From positions 1,568,001-1,632,000 of the forward strand of contig CAVTCS010000003.1 in assembly GCA_963733295.1 (NCBI GenBank): a stretch of DNA of 64,000 nt, given 5' to 3'. A program made the position numbers and the translations under genes. Of the stretch, positions 29,024 through 38,530 are shown one piece after another (positions within the stretch are counted from its first letter, which is position 1; each line of letters opens with the position of its first letter). The notes under the pieces are model-generated. The model had not been told where the DNA came from. It saw nothing but the letters and a program-made list of their open reading frames with translations, and did no database searches. The stretch comes from Vulcanimicrobiota bacterium. GTDB lineage: Bacteria; Vulcanimicrobiota; Vulcanimicrobiia; Vulcanimicrobiales; Vulcanimicrobiaceae.

Positions 29024-29764
29024 TTATGCGGAGCGCATTGGAACGATGCGCCTCGTTTCGCGCGTGACGCCGCTTACGCCGAGCGCTTCCAGAAGCGCAA
29101 TCCGCTGCGGGGTGAGGTCCGCCGTACGCGAGCGTCTCAACTCCGAAGGAACGGGCAGCTCCAGTACGATTCGCGCCGGCGTGCCTTCCAGCACGAGCAC
29201 GCGATCCGCCAGAAAGAGCGCCTCATCGACGTCGTGCGTTACCAGCACGACGGTCGCTCCAATACGCTGCACGATTTGCCCGAGGGCTGCCCCCAGATCG
29301 AGCCGCAGCAGCGCGTCGAGCGCCGACAGCGGTTCGTCCATCAGCAGAATCCGGGGGCTGCGCACGAGCGCGCGCGCCAGCGAAGCGCGCTGTGCCATGC
29401 CCCCGGAGAGTTCCTTCGGCAAGAGGTGCGCGGCCGGGGAGAGGCCGACGAGACCGATTGCCTCGTTGACGCGCTGGCGCTCGAGATTGCTGCGCGCTGC
29501 GAACGCGACGTTCTTCTCAACGCTCAGCCACGGAAAGAGGCGCGGCTCCTGATACACGAAACCGATCTCGCTCTCTACGTAGACCGTGCCGCCGTCGGGA
29601 CGGGCCAGGCCGCCGATGCAGCGCAGCAGCGTGCTCTTGCCGCAGCCGCTGGCGCCCAGGACCGCAATCGATTCGCCGCGCGCAATTGCGACGTCGAGGT
29701 TTTCGAAAACGGTGCGCTCCCCAAAGCGCTTGGTGAGCCCGACCACCACGATCGCCGGTTTCAC
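29024..29764 (-). CDS. ssuB: Sulfonate/nitrate/taurine-family ABC transporter ATP-binding protein
   Basis: GASGCGKST, QEPRLFPW, LSGGMAQR and VTHDVDEA; GTGA overlap with the permease. Confidence 0.85.
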   Translation of the reverse strand: MKPAIVVVGLTKRFGERTVFENLDVAIARGESIAVLGASGCGKSTLLRCIGGLARPDGGTVYVESEIGFVYQEPRLFPWLSVEKNVAFAARSNLERQRVNEAIGLVGLSPAAHLLPKELSGGMAQRASLARALVRSPRILLMDEPLSALDALLRLDLGAALGQIVQRIGATVVLVTHDVDEALFLADRVLVLEGTPARIVLELPVPSELRRSRTADLTPQRIALLEALGVSGVTRETRRIVPMRSA

Positions 29765-30519
29765 ACGGGCATCCCGTCGGTCCAGTACAGGAGCCGGCCT
29801 TCGAGCGCGCGCATCGCGCTTTCCGATAGTTTCCCGCACAGCGCGAGCAAGAGTATCGCCGTGAGGATCTCGTCGGTCCGCGAGATCTGCTGACCCTCGG
29901 TGAGCATGAAACCGAGACCGCGCGTGGAGGCGAGCAGTTCGGCTGCCACGAGGAATAGCCAGGCTTGGGTAAGCCCGATGCGCGCGCCGACCAGCAGCGA
30001 AGGGAGCGCCGCCGGAAGCACCACGCGGCGCGCCAGTTCGACTCCCCGCACGCCAAGGACGCCCGCTACTTCGATCAGCTTGCGGTCGACGTTGCGGATT
30101 CCGGCGACCAGGTTCACGTAGATCGGAAAGAACGCGCCGATGGCAATCAGCGCGACCTTCGCGGTCTCGCCGATGCCGAGCCAGAGCAGTAACAGCGGCA
30201 CCCACGCGAGCGAAGGCACGGCCCGCATCGCCTGCAGCGTCGGGTCCAGCGCGGCCTCGGCGCGACGAGAGAGGCCGACGACGCTGCCGGTCGCGACCGC
30301 CAGAACGAGCGCGACGGCAAAGCCGAGGAAGACGCGCTGCGCCGAGGCGGCAACGTTCTTCCAGAGCAACCCGTTCGCGAAGAGCGCCTGGAGTTCGCGC
30401 GCGACGTCGGCCGGCGAGGCGAGCTGGTACACTTTCACCCCGCCGACGCTCGTTAACAGCGCCCACGCGAGCAGCAACACCAGCGGCAGCGAGTACGCCA
30501 GAGCTAACCGCCTAGCCAT
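29761..30519 (-). CDS. ssuC: Sulfonate ABC transporter permease
   Basis: VPSLAWVPL..LWLGIGE, LPAALP and LVAAELLA...GLG motifs. Confidence 0.85.
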   Translation of the reverse strand: MARRLALAYSLPLVLLLAWALLTSVGGVKVYQLASPADVARELQALFANGLLWKNVAASAQRVFLGFAVALVLAVATGSVVGLSRRAEAALDPTLQAMRAVPSLAWVPLLLLWLGIGETAKVALIAIGAFFPIYVNLVAGIRNVDRKLIEVAGVLGVRGVELARRVVLPAALPSLLVGARIGLTQAWLFLVAAELLASTRGLGFMLTEGQQISRTDEILTAILLLALCGKLSESAMRALEGRLLYWTDGMPV

Positions 30520-31492
30520 GCAGCGCAGTCGTTGCCGGCGCCGGATTGACCAGCGCCGCAAGAGCTCCTTCCAGATCGGCATTCGGCAGCGCGAGCGCGT
30601 TCGCGCGAACGATCGGGATGACGCCCTCGAGCGTGTGACGGTAATCGGCGCCGGGAGTCGGATTCGGATACTTCGTTCGCGAGAGTGCAAGCGCTGCGAC
30701 GCGATATTCCAAGCCGGAGGCCTCGGCGACGATCTTCACGGTGTCGTCCACGTTCTTCGCCGCGTAATCGTGTGCGCGAGCGTACTGCTTGAGAACGAGC
30801 GTGACGAGCTCCGGTCGATCGTTCAAGAAGTCCTCGCGAACGTTGAGCGCGCCGAACGTATTGAACGAGGGATTCCGGTACAACAAACGCGAGCCCGCGT
30901 CGAGTTGCGATGCCGCCATATGCGGATCGAGCCCGGCCCAAGCGTCGACTTGACCGCGCTCCAGCGCGACGCGCCCGTCCGGGTGCTGCAACTCGACGAT
31001 CTCGACGTCGCTTTGCGCGAGCCCCACAAGTTGCAACGAACGCAGGAGGAAGAAATACGGATCGGTGCCCTTCGTCGCGGCGATCTTCTTCCCGCGCAGC
31101 TCCGTGAGTTTTTGCAGCGGCGAATTCTTGGCGACGACGAGGGCCGTCCATTCGGGCTGCGAGTAGAGGAAGACGGTCTTGATCGGCGAGCCGTTGGCTC
31201 GCGCGAGCAACGCCGCACTCCCTCCCGTCGAGCCGAATTGAACCGAGTTTGCGGCCAGGAACGAGTTCGCCTTATTCGAGCCGAGCGAGAGCACCCACGA
31301 TAGACGGGTACCCGAAGGCTTGAGCGCGTCCTCGAGCCAGCCGTACTTCTTGAGGACGAGGCTCGGCGGGTTGTAGTAAGCGTAATCGATGCCGATTTCG
31401 GCCGGCGCAGCTGCGGCGGCGCGGCGAGCGCTCAGAAGCGCCGAGCTTGCAAGCGCTCCGGCGAGGAACGCGCGACGTGAAGAGATGGTCAT
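30512..31492 (-). CDS. ssuA: Aliphatic sulfonate ABC transporter substrate-binding protein, Tat signal
   Basis: SRRAFL twin-arginine signal; DYAYYNP, GSNKA, ATKGTDP and AWAGLDP typical of the SsuA family. Confidence 0.85.
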   Translation of the reverse strand: MTISSRRAFLAGALASSALLSARRAAAAAPAEIGIDYAYYNPPSLVLKKYGWLEDALKPSGTRLSWVLSLGSNKANSFLAANSVQFGSTGGSAALLARANGSPIKTVFLYSQPEWTALVVAKNSPLQKLTELRGKKIAATKGTDPYFFLLRSLQLVGLAQSDVEIVELQHPDGRVALERGQVDAWAGLDPHMAASQLDAGSRLLYRNPSFNTFGALNVREDFLNDRPELVTLVLKQYARAHDYAAKNVDDTVKIVAEASGLEYRVAALALSRTKYPNPTPGADYRHTLEGVIPIVRANALALPNADLEGALAALVNPAPATTALHG

Positions 31493-31522
31493 GTTCGCCT
31501 CCGTTTGAGATGGGAAAGCGGT

Positions 31523-31555
31523 AAAATAAAGCCGCCTCGCTATCGGCGAGGCGGC
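31523..31555 (-). terminator. Intrinsic terminator in the ssuA leader (attenuator)
   Basis: Perfect 10-bp stem GCCGCCTCGC/GCGAGGCGGC followed by TTTATTTT, about 30 nt before the ssuA start. Confidence 0.85.
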
Positions 31556-31578
31556 GTTGATCCCGGGACGGGGTCAGG

Positions 31579-31647
31579 TCACGCTGCGCCGGTTCGCTGC
31601 ATCAGGTAGCGAAAACACAGACAACACATGAGCCTCGACGCGGACAT
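31579..31647 (-). CDS. Cys/Met-rich leader peptide MSASRLMCCLCFRYLMQRTGAA (alternative ATG 31659)
   Basis: ATG TGT TGT CTG TGT core; located between TTGACA (31679-31684) and the terminator. Confidence 0.7.
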   Translation of the reverse strand: MSASRLMCCLCFRYLMQRTGAA

Positions 31648-31757
31648 GCCAATATCCATACTACGCAACCGCGCTCGTTGTCAAGCTCGGCGCGAACGAA
31701 GAATTCTCCGCAATCCGAGCTGCGTCGTGGTCATTGCTTTCCCGCGCGCGCCCTAGG

Positions 31758-32264
31758 CTACATCTCTCCGGGCGGGAGGATGATGTCGCCGGTGCGCCCG
31801 TCAGGACTGATCTTCACGTGCGTGCGAACCGCGCCGGTGCCGAAGAACGACAGCGGGATGTAGACGTGGCCGTAGGCTCTCACCACCGGAGCCGGAAGCA
31901 CGAAGGGTTTCCCGGAGGCAGTCACCGTCGAACTTCCCACCGAAAAAACGAAGGTTCGAGAATTCGAATCGCCCTTGAACGACTTGAGGGTGTAGGTCGC
32001 GCCGTCGTGCGAGATCGTTCCGGAAGCCATCTGCTTGAGATCTTGCACGCAGACATAGAGCGTCTTGTCGCGTTCGAATGCAACGACGTGGTCGGTGTCC
32101 GCCGAAAGCGGCCTTCCGCCGACGGTGACGGTCGCGGAGCGATCGCCCCCCGTCAAGGCTGGCGCAGAGGCGAGCGCTCGAGAGCCTGCGGCCAACCCGA
32201 GCCCAAAGACGACGGCCAAACTCGCCGCGCTCGCGGCTCGCAGACGTTGAAAACGAACGAGCAT
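31758..32264 (-). CDS. Secreted copper-amine-oxidase N-terminal (stalk) domain protein
   Basis: Signal peptide; LYV...DL and L.APV....G.VYIPL motifs. Confidence 0.7.
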   Translation of the reverse strand: MLVRFQRLRAASAASLAVVFGLGLAAGSRALASAPALTGGDRSATVTVGGRPLSADTDHVVAFERDKTLYVCVQDLKQMASGTISHDGATYTLKSFKGDSNSRTFVFSVGSSTVTASGKPFVLPAPVVRAYGHVYIPLSFFGTGAVRTHVKISPDGRTGDIILPPGEM

Positions 32265-32274
32265 GGAAGAACCC

Positions 32275-34392
32275 CTAATCCATCAGCTTCCGGATGAAAT
32301 ACATGAACTCCAAGGCGTTGGTACGCGCCCTTTCCTTCAAGTTTGAGCCCGAAGCGTGACCGCCTTCAATGACCTCGTAGAAGAGATACGGGACACCCAT
32401 CGCCGACAGCTTCGCGGCGAACTTGCGGGCATGCTGCGGGCCGACGCGGTCATCTTTCGTCGTCGTCCAAATGAAGGGCTCCGGATATTTCACCCCCGCT
32501 CGGAGGTTGTCGTACGGCGAGATCGAGGCGAGGAAGGCTCGCTCGTCGGGGTTCGATACGCTGCCGTATTCGCCGACCCACGACGCGCCGGCCGCAATCT
32601 TTTCGTACCGCAGCATGTCGAGCAGCGGCACTTGAATGTCGACCGCATGGTAGAGTTCGGGGTGTTGCGTGAATTCGACGCCCATCAGCAGGCCGCCGTT
32701 CGAGCCGCCCTGGATTCCGAGGCGCCGCGGGCTCGTGATCTTGCGCGCGATGAGATCCTGTGCGACCGATGCGAAGTCATCGAAAGCCGTTTGGCGATGG
32801 GTTTTGAGCGCGGCTTCGTGCCACGCGGGTCCGAATTCCCCGCCGCCACGGATGTTTGCCAGCGCGAAAACCCCGCCGCGTTCCAGCCATAGCTTTCCGA
32901 GTGCTCCCGAATATGACGGCGTCGAGGAAATCGCAAAGCCTCCGTAGGCATTGAGAATCGTCGGATTCGAACCATCGAGCGCCATGTTCTTGGGATGCAC
33001 CACGAAGTACGGGATCTTCGTCCCGTCTTTCGAGGTCGACTCGAACTGCTCGACGACGTCTTTGGATGCATCGAACCTCGCCGGAGAGGCTTTCGCGGTC
33101 GCGACGGTCGCGGTTTGCACGTTTGCGAGTTCAAGCGTCGTCGGCGAGAGAAACCCCGTGACGGCCAAGAATGCGTCATCGGTATTCTCATCGGTGCTGA
33201 CGATCGAGATTGCGGAATCGTCGGCGAGGTCGAGTTTGTGTTTGCTCCAAGTCCCACCCGCTTGCGGCGCGAAAACGAACGCGCGTCCCTTGACGTCCTC
33301 ATAGGTCGTGACCACGACGCGCGACTTGGTCGTCTCGACGTCCTCGAGCGCCTCGCGCGGGCCGGGCGCGTAGACGAGCGCCGGTTTGAGATGGGCCGGG
33401 TCGGCGGCTAGAGCGCCCAGGTCCACCGCTACGAGCGAACCGGCCGGAAAGGTGCTCCCGTCGACGATCCAGTCTTCCTTCGGCTCGATCAGCACGCGGC
33501 CGTCGACCATTCCGCTCAGCTCGGCTTTCGGCGGAAGCCCGAGTTTCATCACTCGCTGAGAATCGACGAGGTAGTACTCGCTGGTGAAGAACGTGAGGTT
33601 GCGTACGACGAACGTCGCGCGATGTCCCTGACCGTCGTGGAAGACGGCCGGACTCGTGCCGACATCCTCCTTCGAACCGCGAAAGATCTCAACCGCTTCC
33701 GAGAGCGGCGCGCCGCGCTTGAGTCGCTTAACGATGTACGGATAGCCCGAGGTCGTCAACTCACCTGGATTCCATTCGCGCGCGACCAGGATCGAATCGT
33801 CCGTTTCCCAGTCGTAGTCTTGCTTTCCGTGGGGAAGAGCGAACCCGTCGCTGACGAAGCTCCGCGTTCCCAGATCGAACTCGCGGACGGTCGTCGCGTC
33901 TTCGCCCCCGTCGGAGAGCGCAATTAGACAGCGACGCTCGGCCGGCGACTCGCAAGCGGCACCGTCGAACACCCAGTTCGCATTCTCGCTCTTCGCGACG
34001 GCATCGAGATCCAAAACGGTTTGCCAGGCGGGTTCCGGGCTCTCATAGTTCCCGAGCGAGGCCTTGCGCCAAATGCCGCGCACGTGCTCCGCATCTTGCC
34101 AAAAATTATAGACGTCGTGCTGCAAGAATCGCGGGAACGCAATGCGGTCCTTCGCTTCGGCAATCTGCACGGCGGCGGCATAGAGACCGGGAAAACGCGG
34201 ATCGGCTTCCAGCACTGCCAGAGTTTTCGCGTTCTCTGCGCGCACCCACGTCATGGCGCGCTCGCCGTTGACGTCTTCGAGCCACAGAAAAGGCTCGGTC
34301 GAGGCCGGCTGCGGCGAAGCGCTCCCCAGCGTCGAGCCCGTCACGAAAGCAAGGAGCAACGCGACGGACGCCGCGCGCGACGAGAATCCCAT
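32275..34392 (-). CDS. Prolyl oligopeptidase (S9A), exported
   Basis: FLWLED, YGGF, NIRGGGEFG, GGSNGG, DDRV.P.H and GGH motifs. Confidence 0.95.
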   Translation of the reverse strand: MGFSSRAASVALLLAFVTGSTLGSASPQPASTEPFLWLEDVNGERAMTWVRAENAKTLAVLEADPRFPGLYAAAVQIAEAKDRIAFPRFLQHDVYNFWQDAEHVRGIWRKASLGNYESPEPAWQTVLDLDAVAKSENANWVFDGAACESPAERRCLIALSDGGEDATTVREFDLGTRSFVSDGFALPHGKQDYDWETDDSILVAREWNPGELTTSGYPYIVKRLKRGAPLSEAVEIFRGSKEDVGTSPAVFHDGQGHRATFVVRNLTFFTSEYYLVDSQRVMKLGLPPKAELSGMVDGRVLIEPKEDWIVDGSTFPAGSLVAVDLGALAADPAHLKPALVYAPGPREALEDVETTKSRVVVTTYEDVKGRAFVFAPQAGGTWSKHKLDLADDSAISIVSTDENTDDAFLAVTGFLSPTTLELANVQTATVATAKASPARFDASKDVVEQFESTSKDGTKIPYFVVHPKNMALDGSNPTILNAYGGFAISSTPSYSGALGKLWLERGGVFALANIRGGGEFGPAWHEAALKTHRQTAFDDFASVAQDLIARKITSPRRLGIQGGSNGGLLMGVEFTQHPELYHAVDIQVPLLDMLRYEKIAAGASWVGEYGSVSNPDERAFLASISPYDNLRAGVKYPEPFIWTTTKDDRVGPQHARKFAAKLSAMGVPYLFYEVIEGGHASGSNLKERARTNALEFMYFIRKLMD

Positions 34393-34419
34393 GCCACCCG
34401 GTACCTTCCTATACTGCAG

Positions 34420-35904
34420 CTACTTGGTGGGACGCCGCAGATTTACCCAGACGGCTTTACGTTCCGTGTAGTTTTCGAGCGCCGCTTCGCCGAGATCGCG
34501 GCTGATGCCCGACTCACCCCCGGCGCCGCCCCAGGGCAGCCGCGTATCAGTGTGGCCGTAGGTGTTGACCCACACGGTGCCGCCTTTGAGCCGGTGCGCG
34601 ACGCTCAACACCTTGGTGACGTCGTTGCTCCAAACCGCTGCCGCCAAGCTGTACGCCGTGCCGTTCGCGATCGCGACGGCCTCGTCTTCGGTCTTGAACT
34701 TGATGACCGAGGCGACCGGCCCGAAGATCTCCTCCTGCGCAATGCGCATGTCGTTTCGCACGCCAGTGAAGATCGTCGGCTCGATATAGTGTCCCCGGCC
34801 GTCCGGACGGTTACCGCCGCTTTCGAGGTGCGCGCCTTCCTGCTGCCCGACCTCGATGTACCCGCTCACTCGATCGAGCTGGCGCTGCGAAATCACGGGC
34901 CCCAGAGTCGTCTTCGGGTCGAGCGGATCCCCCATCCGCAGCGACTTCGCACGTTCCTTAAGGCCCGCGACGAACTCGTCGTAGATCGACTCTTCAACAA
35001 CGATGCGCGTTCCGGCGGAGCAGACTTGACCGGCATTGTAGAAAACCCCCGAAGCCGCCGCCTTGATCGCAGCCTCGAGGTCGCTGTCCGCGAACACGAC
35101 GTTGGGGGACTTTCCACCGAGTTCGAGCCCGACGCGCACGATATATTTGCCGGCGGTTTGCATGATCGTCTTACCGACCTCGGGCGACCCCGTAAAGGCG
35201 ATCTTGTCGATGTCGCCGCGATCCACCAGCGCCGTTCCGACATCGGTGCCGCGTCCGGGCAAAATGTTCAGCACTCCGGGCGGAACGCCGGCTTCCAGCG
35301 CCAGCTCGCCGAGCCGCAGCGCGGTGAGCGGCGTGAGCTCGGCGGGCTTGAGAACCAGCGTGCAACCGCAGGCTAGCGCCGGCGCGATCTTCCACATCGT
35401 ATTCATCAAGGGGAAGTTCCAGGGCACGATCGCGACGACGACTCCAACCGGTTCGCGCAGAATATAGTTCAAGGCCGACGGCGAGATCGGCACGACGTCG
35501 CCCTTGATCTTATCGCACCAGCCGGCGTAGTACTCGAGGCAGTCGATCGCGGCCGGCAGCTCGGCCCGCTTGATCGAGGTTACGGGCTTTCCTCCGTCGA
35601 GCGCTTCGAGCTCTGCAAGTCCATCGACGTTGGCACGCATCAACCCGGCCAAGCGCATCAGGATGCGAGCTCGCTCGGCGGCCGAAATCTTCGACCAGGG
35701 TCCGTCGAGAGCGGCGCGGGCTGCAGCAACCGCGCGGTCGGCGTCCGGTTTGCCCGCGAAGGAAACCATCGCGATCGTTTCTTCGGTCGCCGGATTGAAC
35801 GTCTCGAAGGTCTTGCCCGAGGCCGACTCGACGAACTTTCCGTCGATCAGCAAACGCGTGTCGGGCATTTTGATCGTTGGAGTGGTGCCCAGAACGGTCG
35901 ACAT
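34420..35904 (-). CDS. NAD(P)-dependent aldehyde dehydrogenase
   Basis: PWNFP, FTGS, LELGGKS, GQVCSAG and EEIFGPV motifs; GGGGAG before ATG 35904. Confidence 0.95.
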   Translation of the reverse strand: MSTVLGTTPTIKMPDTRLLIDGKFVESASGKTFETFNPATEETIAMVSFAGKPDADRAVAAARAALDGPWSKISAAERARILMRLAGLMRANVDGLAELEALDGGKPVTSIKRAELPAAIDCLEYYAGWCDKIKGDVVPISPSALNYILREPVGVVVAIVPWNFPLMNTMWKIAPALACGCTLVLKPAELTPLTALRLGELALEAGVPPGVLNILPGRGTDVGTALVDRGDIDKIAFTGSPEVGKTIMQTAGKYIVRVGLELGGKSPNVVFADSDLEAAIKAAASGVFYNAGQVCSAGTRIVVEESIYDEFVAGLKERAKSLRMGDPLDPKTTLGPVISQRQLDRVSGYIEVGQQEGAHLESGGNRPDGRGHYIEPTIFTGVRNDMRIAQEEIFGPVASVIKFKTEDEAVAIANGTAYSLAAAVWSNDVTKVLSVAHRLKGGTVWVNTYGHTDTRLPWGGAGGESGISRDLGEAALENYTERKAVWVNLRRPTK

Positions 35905-35921
35905 GATGCGCTTCTCCCCCG

Positions 35922-37637
35922 TCACTTGTACATCGTCTGATTTTCGGTACCCGGCGCGTACGCTTCGGGATCGAGCCAGACGTTGACGATCGCGCACGTG
36001 CCGGCTTCACGAGCAGCTTCAAGCGCTGGCCGGATCTCCCCCGGTTCGCGCACCGCACGGCCGAAAATTCCCAACATATCGGCAAATTTCTCGAAATGGA
36101 CGTCGCCGAGATAGTTGCCGACGTTGCCACGTTCGACACCGTATTTTTGGATCTGACCGCAACGAATTTGATTCATGTACGAGTTGTTTCCGATCACCGC
36201 GATATAGGGTAAGCCGAAACGCATTGCGGTCTGGATATCGAAGCCCGTCATCGCAAACGAACCGTCGCCGAAAAGCGCGAGCACCTCGCGCTTGGGATTG
36301 GCCAGCTTCGCGGCCATCGCGAAGCCTGTTCCGACGCCGAGGGTGCCCAGCGGTCCCGGATCGAGCCAGAGCCCCGGACCCTTGGGACGCACGACGTTTC
36401 CCGCGAAGGTGACGACGTCGCCGCCGTCGCCGACGAAAACCGTGTTCTCCGTAACGAAGCGATCGAGCTCGTACGCCAGACGGTAGGGGTGAATGGGCCG
36501 GCTGTCGTCGAGCAACTTGGGCATGCGCGCCTCGACCGCAGCCGACTCGCGCTTGCGCAATTCCGAAACCCACGCTTTTCGCGCGTTCGCGGCGGCCTGA
36601 GCTTGTCTGCCGGCCGCTTCCGTCACCGCCGAGAGAATCGTATCGATGTCGCCGGCGATGCCGAGCGCGACGTCCCGGTTACGCCCGATCGTGGCGTAGT
36701 TCATGTCGATCTGCACGACGGTCGGCGCTTTGAGGCTGCGGCCGTAACGGAGGCGGAAATCGAAGGGCGTGCCCACGATGACGATGACGTCGGCGTCCGC
36801 GAACGCGTCGCGGCGCGTCAGTTGAAAGTGCAAGGGATGGCCGACCGGCAAGGTGCCGCGTCCGGCTCCGTTCATGTAGGCCGGAACGTTGAAGGTCTCG
36901 ACGAAGGCCACGGCCGACTCGGTCGCACGGCAGGTCCAAACTTGCTGGCCGAGCAGGACGCACGGACGCTCCGACGTGCTGAGAATCGCGGCCAATCGCT
37001 GGACCGCTTCCGGGTCGCCGGCACCGTGCGTCGAGGCCCGGTAGTGGCCCTTCTCGGGAATCACGGCCTTGGTCAAGTCGACTTTCGCGTCGAGCACGTC
37101 GCGCGGAATCTCCAAATACGAAGGTCCAAAGGCGCCGTTGAAGCTCTCGCGGGCCGCCATTGCGACCATGTCGGCGATGCGCTCGGTCGAGGTAACGGTC
37201 GTCGCAAACTTCGTGATCGGGCGAAGCATGTCGACGTGCGGCAGATCTTGCAAGCCGCCCATCCGGTGTTGGCTGAGTGCCGCTTGACCGCCGATCAACA
37301 ACATCGGACTTTCGGCTCGCCAAGCGTTCGCGACGCCGGTCATCGCGTTCGTCGTTCCGGGCCCGGCAGTCACCACGGCACATCCGAGTTTTCCGGTCAC
37401 GCGCGCGAGCCCGTCGGCTGCGTGCGCGGCCACTTGCTCGTGACGGACGTCGATGATCTTGATGCCCTCATCGATGCACCCGTCGTAGATATCGATGATG
37501 TGGCCACCGCACAGCGTGAAGATCGCCTCGATCCCCTCGTTCTTGAGAGCTTTCGCTACGAGATGTCCTCCCGAAACCCGCTCCGGTTCGGCCTTTACGG
37601 ACTCGACCTTCGGTGACGCGGTCGCAGACGCGGTCAC
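35922..37637 (-). CDS. ThDP-dependent enzyme, 2-hydroxyacyl-CoA lyase/oxalyl-CoA decarboxylase-like
   Basis: LCGGHI, RHEQ.A.HAA, TAGPG, DPGPLGTLGVG and GDGS...NN motifs. Confidence 0.8.
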   Translation of the reverse strand: MTASATASPKVESVKAEPERVSGGHLVAKALKNEGIEAIFTLCGGHIIDIYDGCIDEGIKIIDVRHEQVAAHAADGLARVTGKLGCAVVTAGPGTTNAMTGVANAWRAESPMLLIGGQAALSQHRMGGLQDLPHVDMLRPITKFATTVTSTERIADMVAMAARESFNGAFGPSYLEIPRDVLDAKVDLTKAVIPEKGHYRASTHGAGDPEAVQRLAAILSTSERPCVLLGQQVWTCRATESAVAFVETFNVPAYMNGAGRGTLPVGHPLHFQLTRRDAFADADVIVIVGTPFDFRLRYGRSLKAPTVVQIDMNYATIGRNRDVALGIAGDIDTILSAVTEAAGRQAQAAANARKAWVSELRKRESAAVEARMPKLLDDSRPIHPYRLAYELDRFVTENTVFVGDGGDVVTFAGNVVRPKGPGLWLDPGPLGTLGVGTGFAMAAKLANPKREVLALFGDGSFAMTGFDIQTAMRFGLPYIAVIGNNSYMNQIRCGQIQKYGVERGNVGNYLGDVHFEKFADMLGIFGRAVREPGEIRPALEAAREAGTCAIVNVWLDPEAYAPGTENQTMYK

Positions 37638-37653
37638 GGCATGTCCTCCTGCA

Positions 37654-38370
37654 TCAATCCAAATAGTCCACGTTCTGCTCGATGTGTTCGGCCAGCGCGA
37701 GAGCGTGGTCGCGGACGAGGCGCTCCGCTTCTTCGGTCCGCCGCTTTTCGAGCGACTCGATGATGTGCATGTGATCGATCACCGAACGCGTCGCCCGCTC
37801 GTCTTCAGAGATCGTGCGGTGACGGATCGAGCGGACGTGCACGAGGATGTTGTCGGCCAGTCTCACCAGCAGCGGTGAGCGCGATAACTCCAGGATCGTC
37901 TGATGGAAGCGAATATTGACTTCGGAATATTCGTCGATGTGGGCGCGCACGCGTCCGCCGTCAAAGTCGGAGACGAAACCTCGCAGCGAGGCGATCTCGG
38001 CGTCGCCGGCTCGCTCGGTGATCAGACGCGCCGCCATGCTTTCGAGCGCCGCCCAGGCCCGCACCATCTCGACGATCTCGCTCTTGCTCTTGCGCGCGAC
38101 GAAGACGCCGCGTCGCGCGAGACTGTAGACCAGCCCCTCGTGCTCGAGTCGCGCAATCGCCTCCCGGATCGGAGTGCGGCTGATTCCCAACCGCTGCGAG
38201 AGCTCGCGCTCGTCGAGGCGAACCGGCTCCGGACCGTCGTAAATGTTCATCGCCGCGATCGCGCCTCGGAGCGCGTCGTAGGCCCGGTCGGCAAAACTCG
38301 GGAGCGGCTCGAGAGGGCCGACGTGGAGAGAGCGCCGCGGAAGCGCCCTCGGCCGGCTCCTTGTATCCAT
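37654..38370 (-). CDS. GntR-family regulator (FCD domain)
   Basis: LDERELSQRLGISRTPIREA helix-turn-helix; N..FH and H..I motifs. Confidence 0.93.
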   Translation of the reverse strand: MDTRSRPRALPRRSLHVGPLEPLPSFADRAYDALRGAIAAMNIYDGPEPVRLDERELSQRLGISRTPIREAIARLEHEGLVYSLARRGVFVARKSKSEIVEMVRAWAALESMAARLITERAGDAEIASLRGFVSDFDGGRVRAHIDEYSEVNIRFHQTILELSRSPLLVRLADNILVHVRSIRHRTISEDERATRSVIDHMHIIESLEKRRTEEAERLVRDHALALAEHIEQNVDYLD

Positions 38371-38530
38371 AATACCAGCCGCTACGACCAGGCTGTGCCA
38401 AAGCCCTATGCATGCGGCGACAGCGGCGCTCGGGCCGCGCGAAAAGGCGCACCTAGCCGGTCAGAAATACCAGATGCCCGGCGGGCCGGGCGAACCGCTC
38501 GCCGGCGCTACGCTCGCCGAACCGGCGAAA

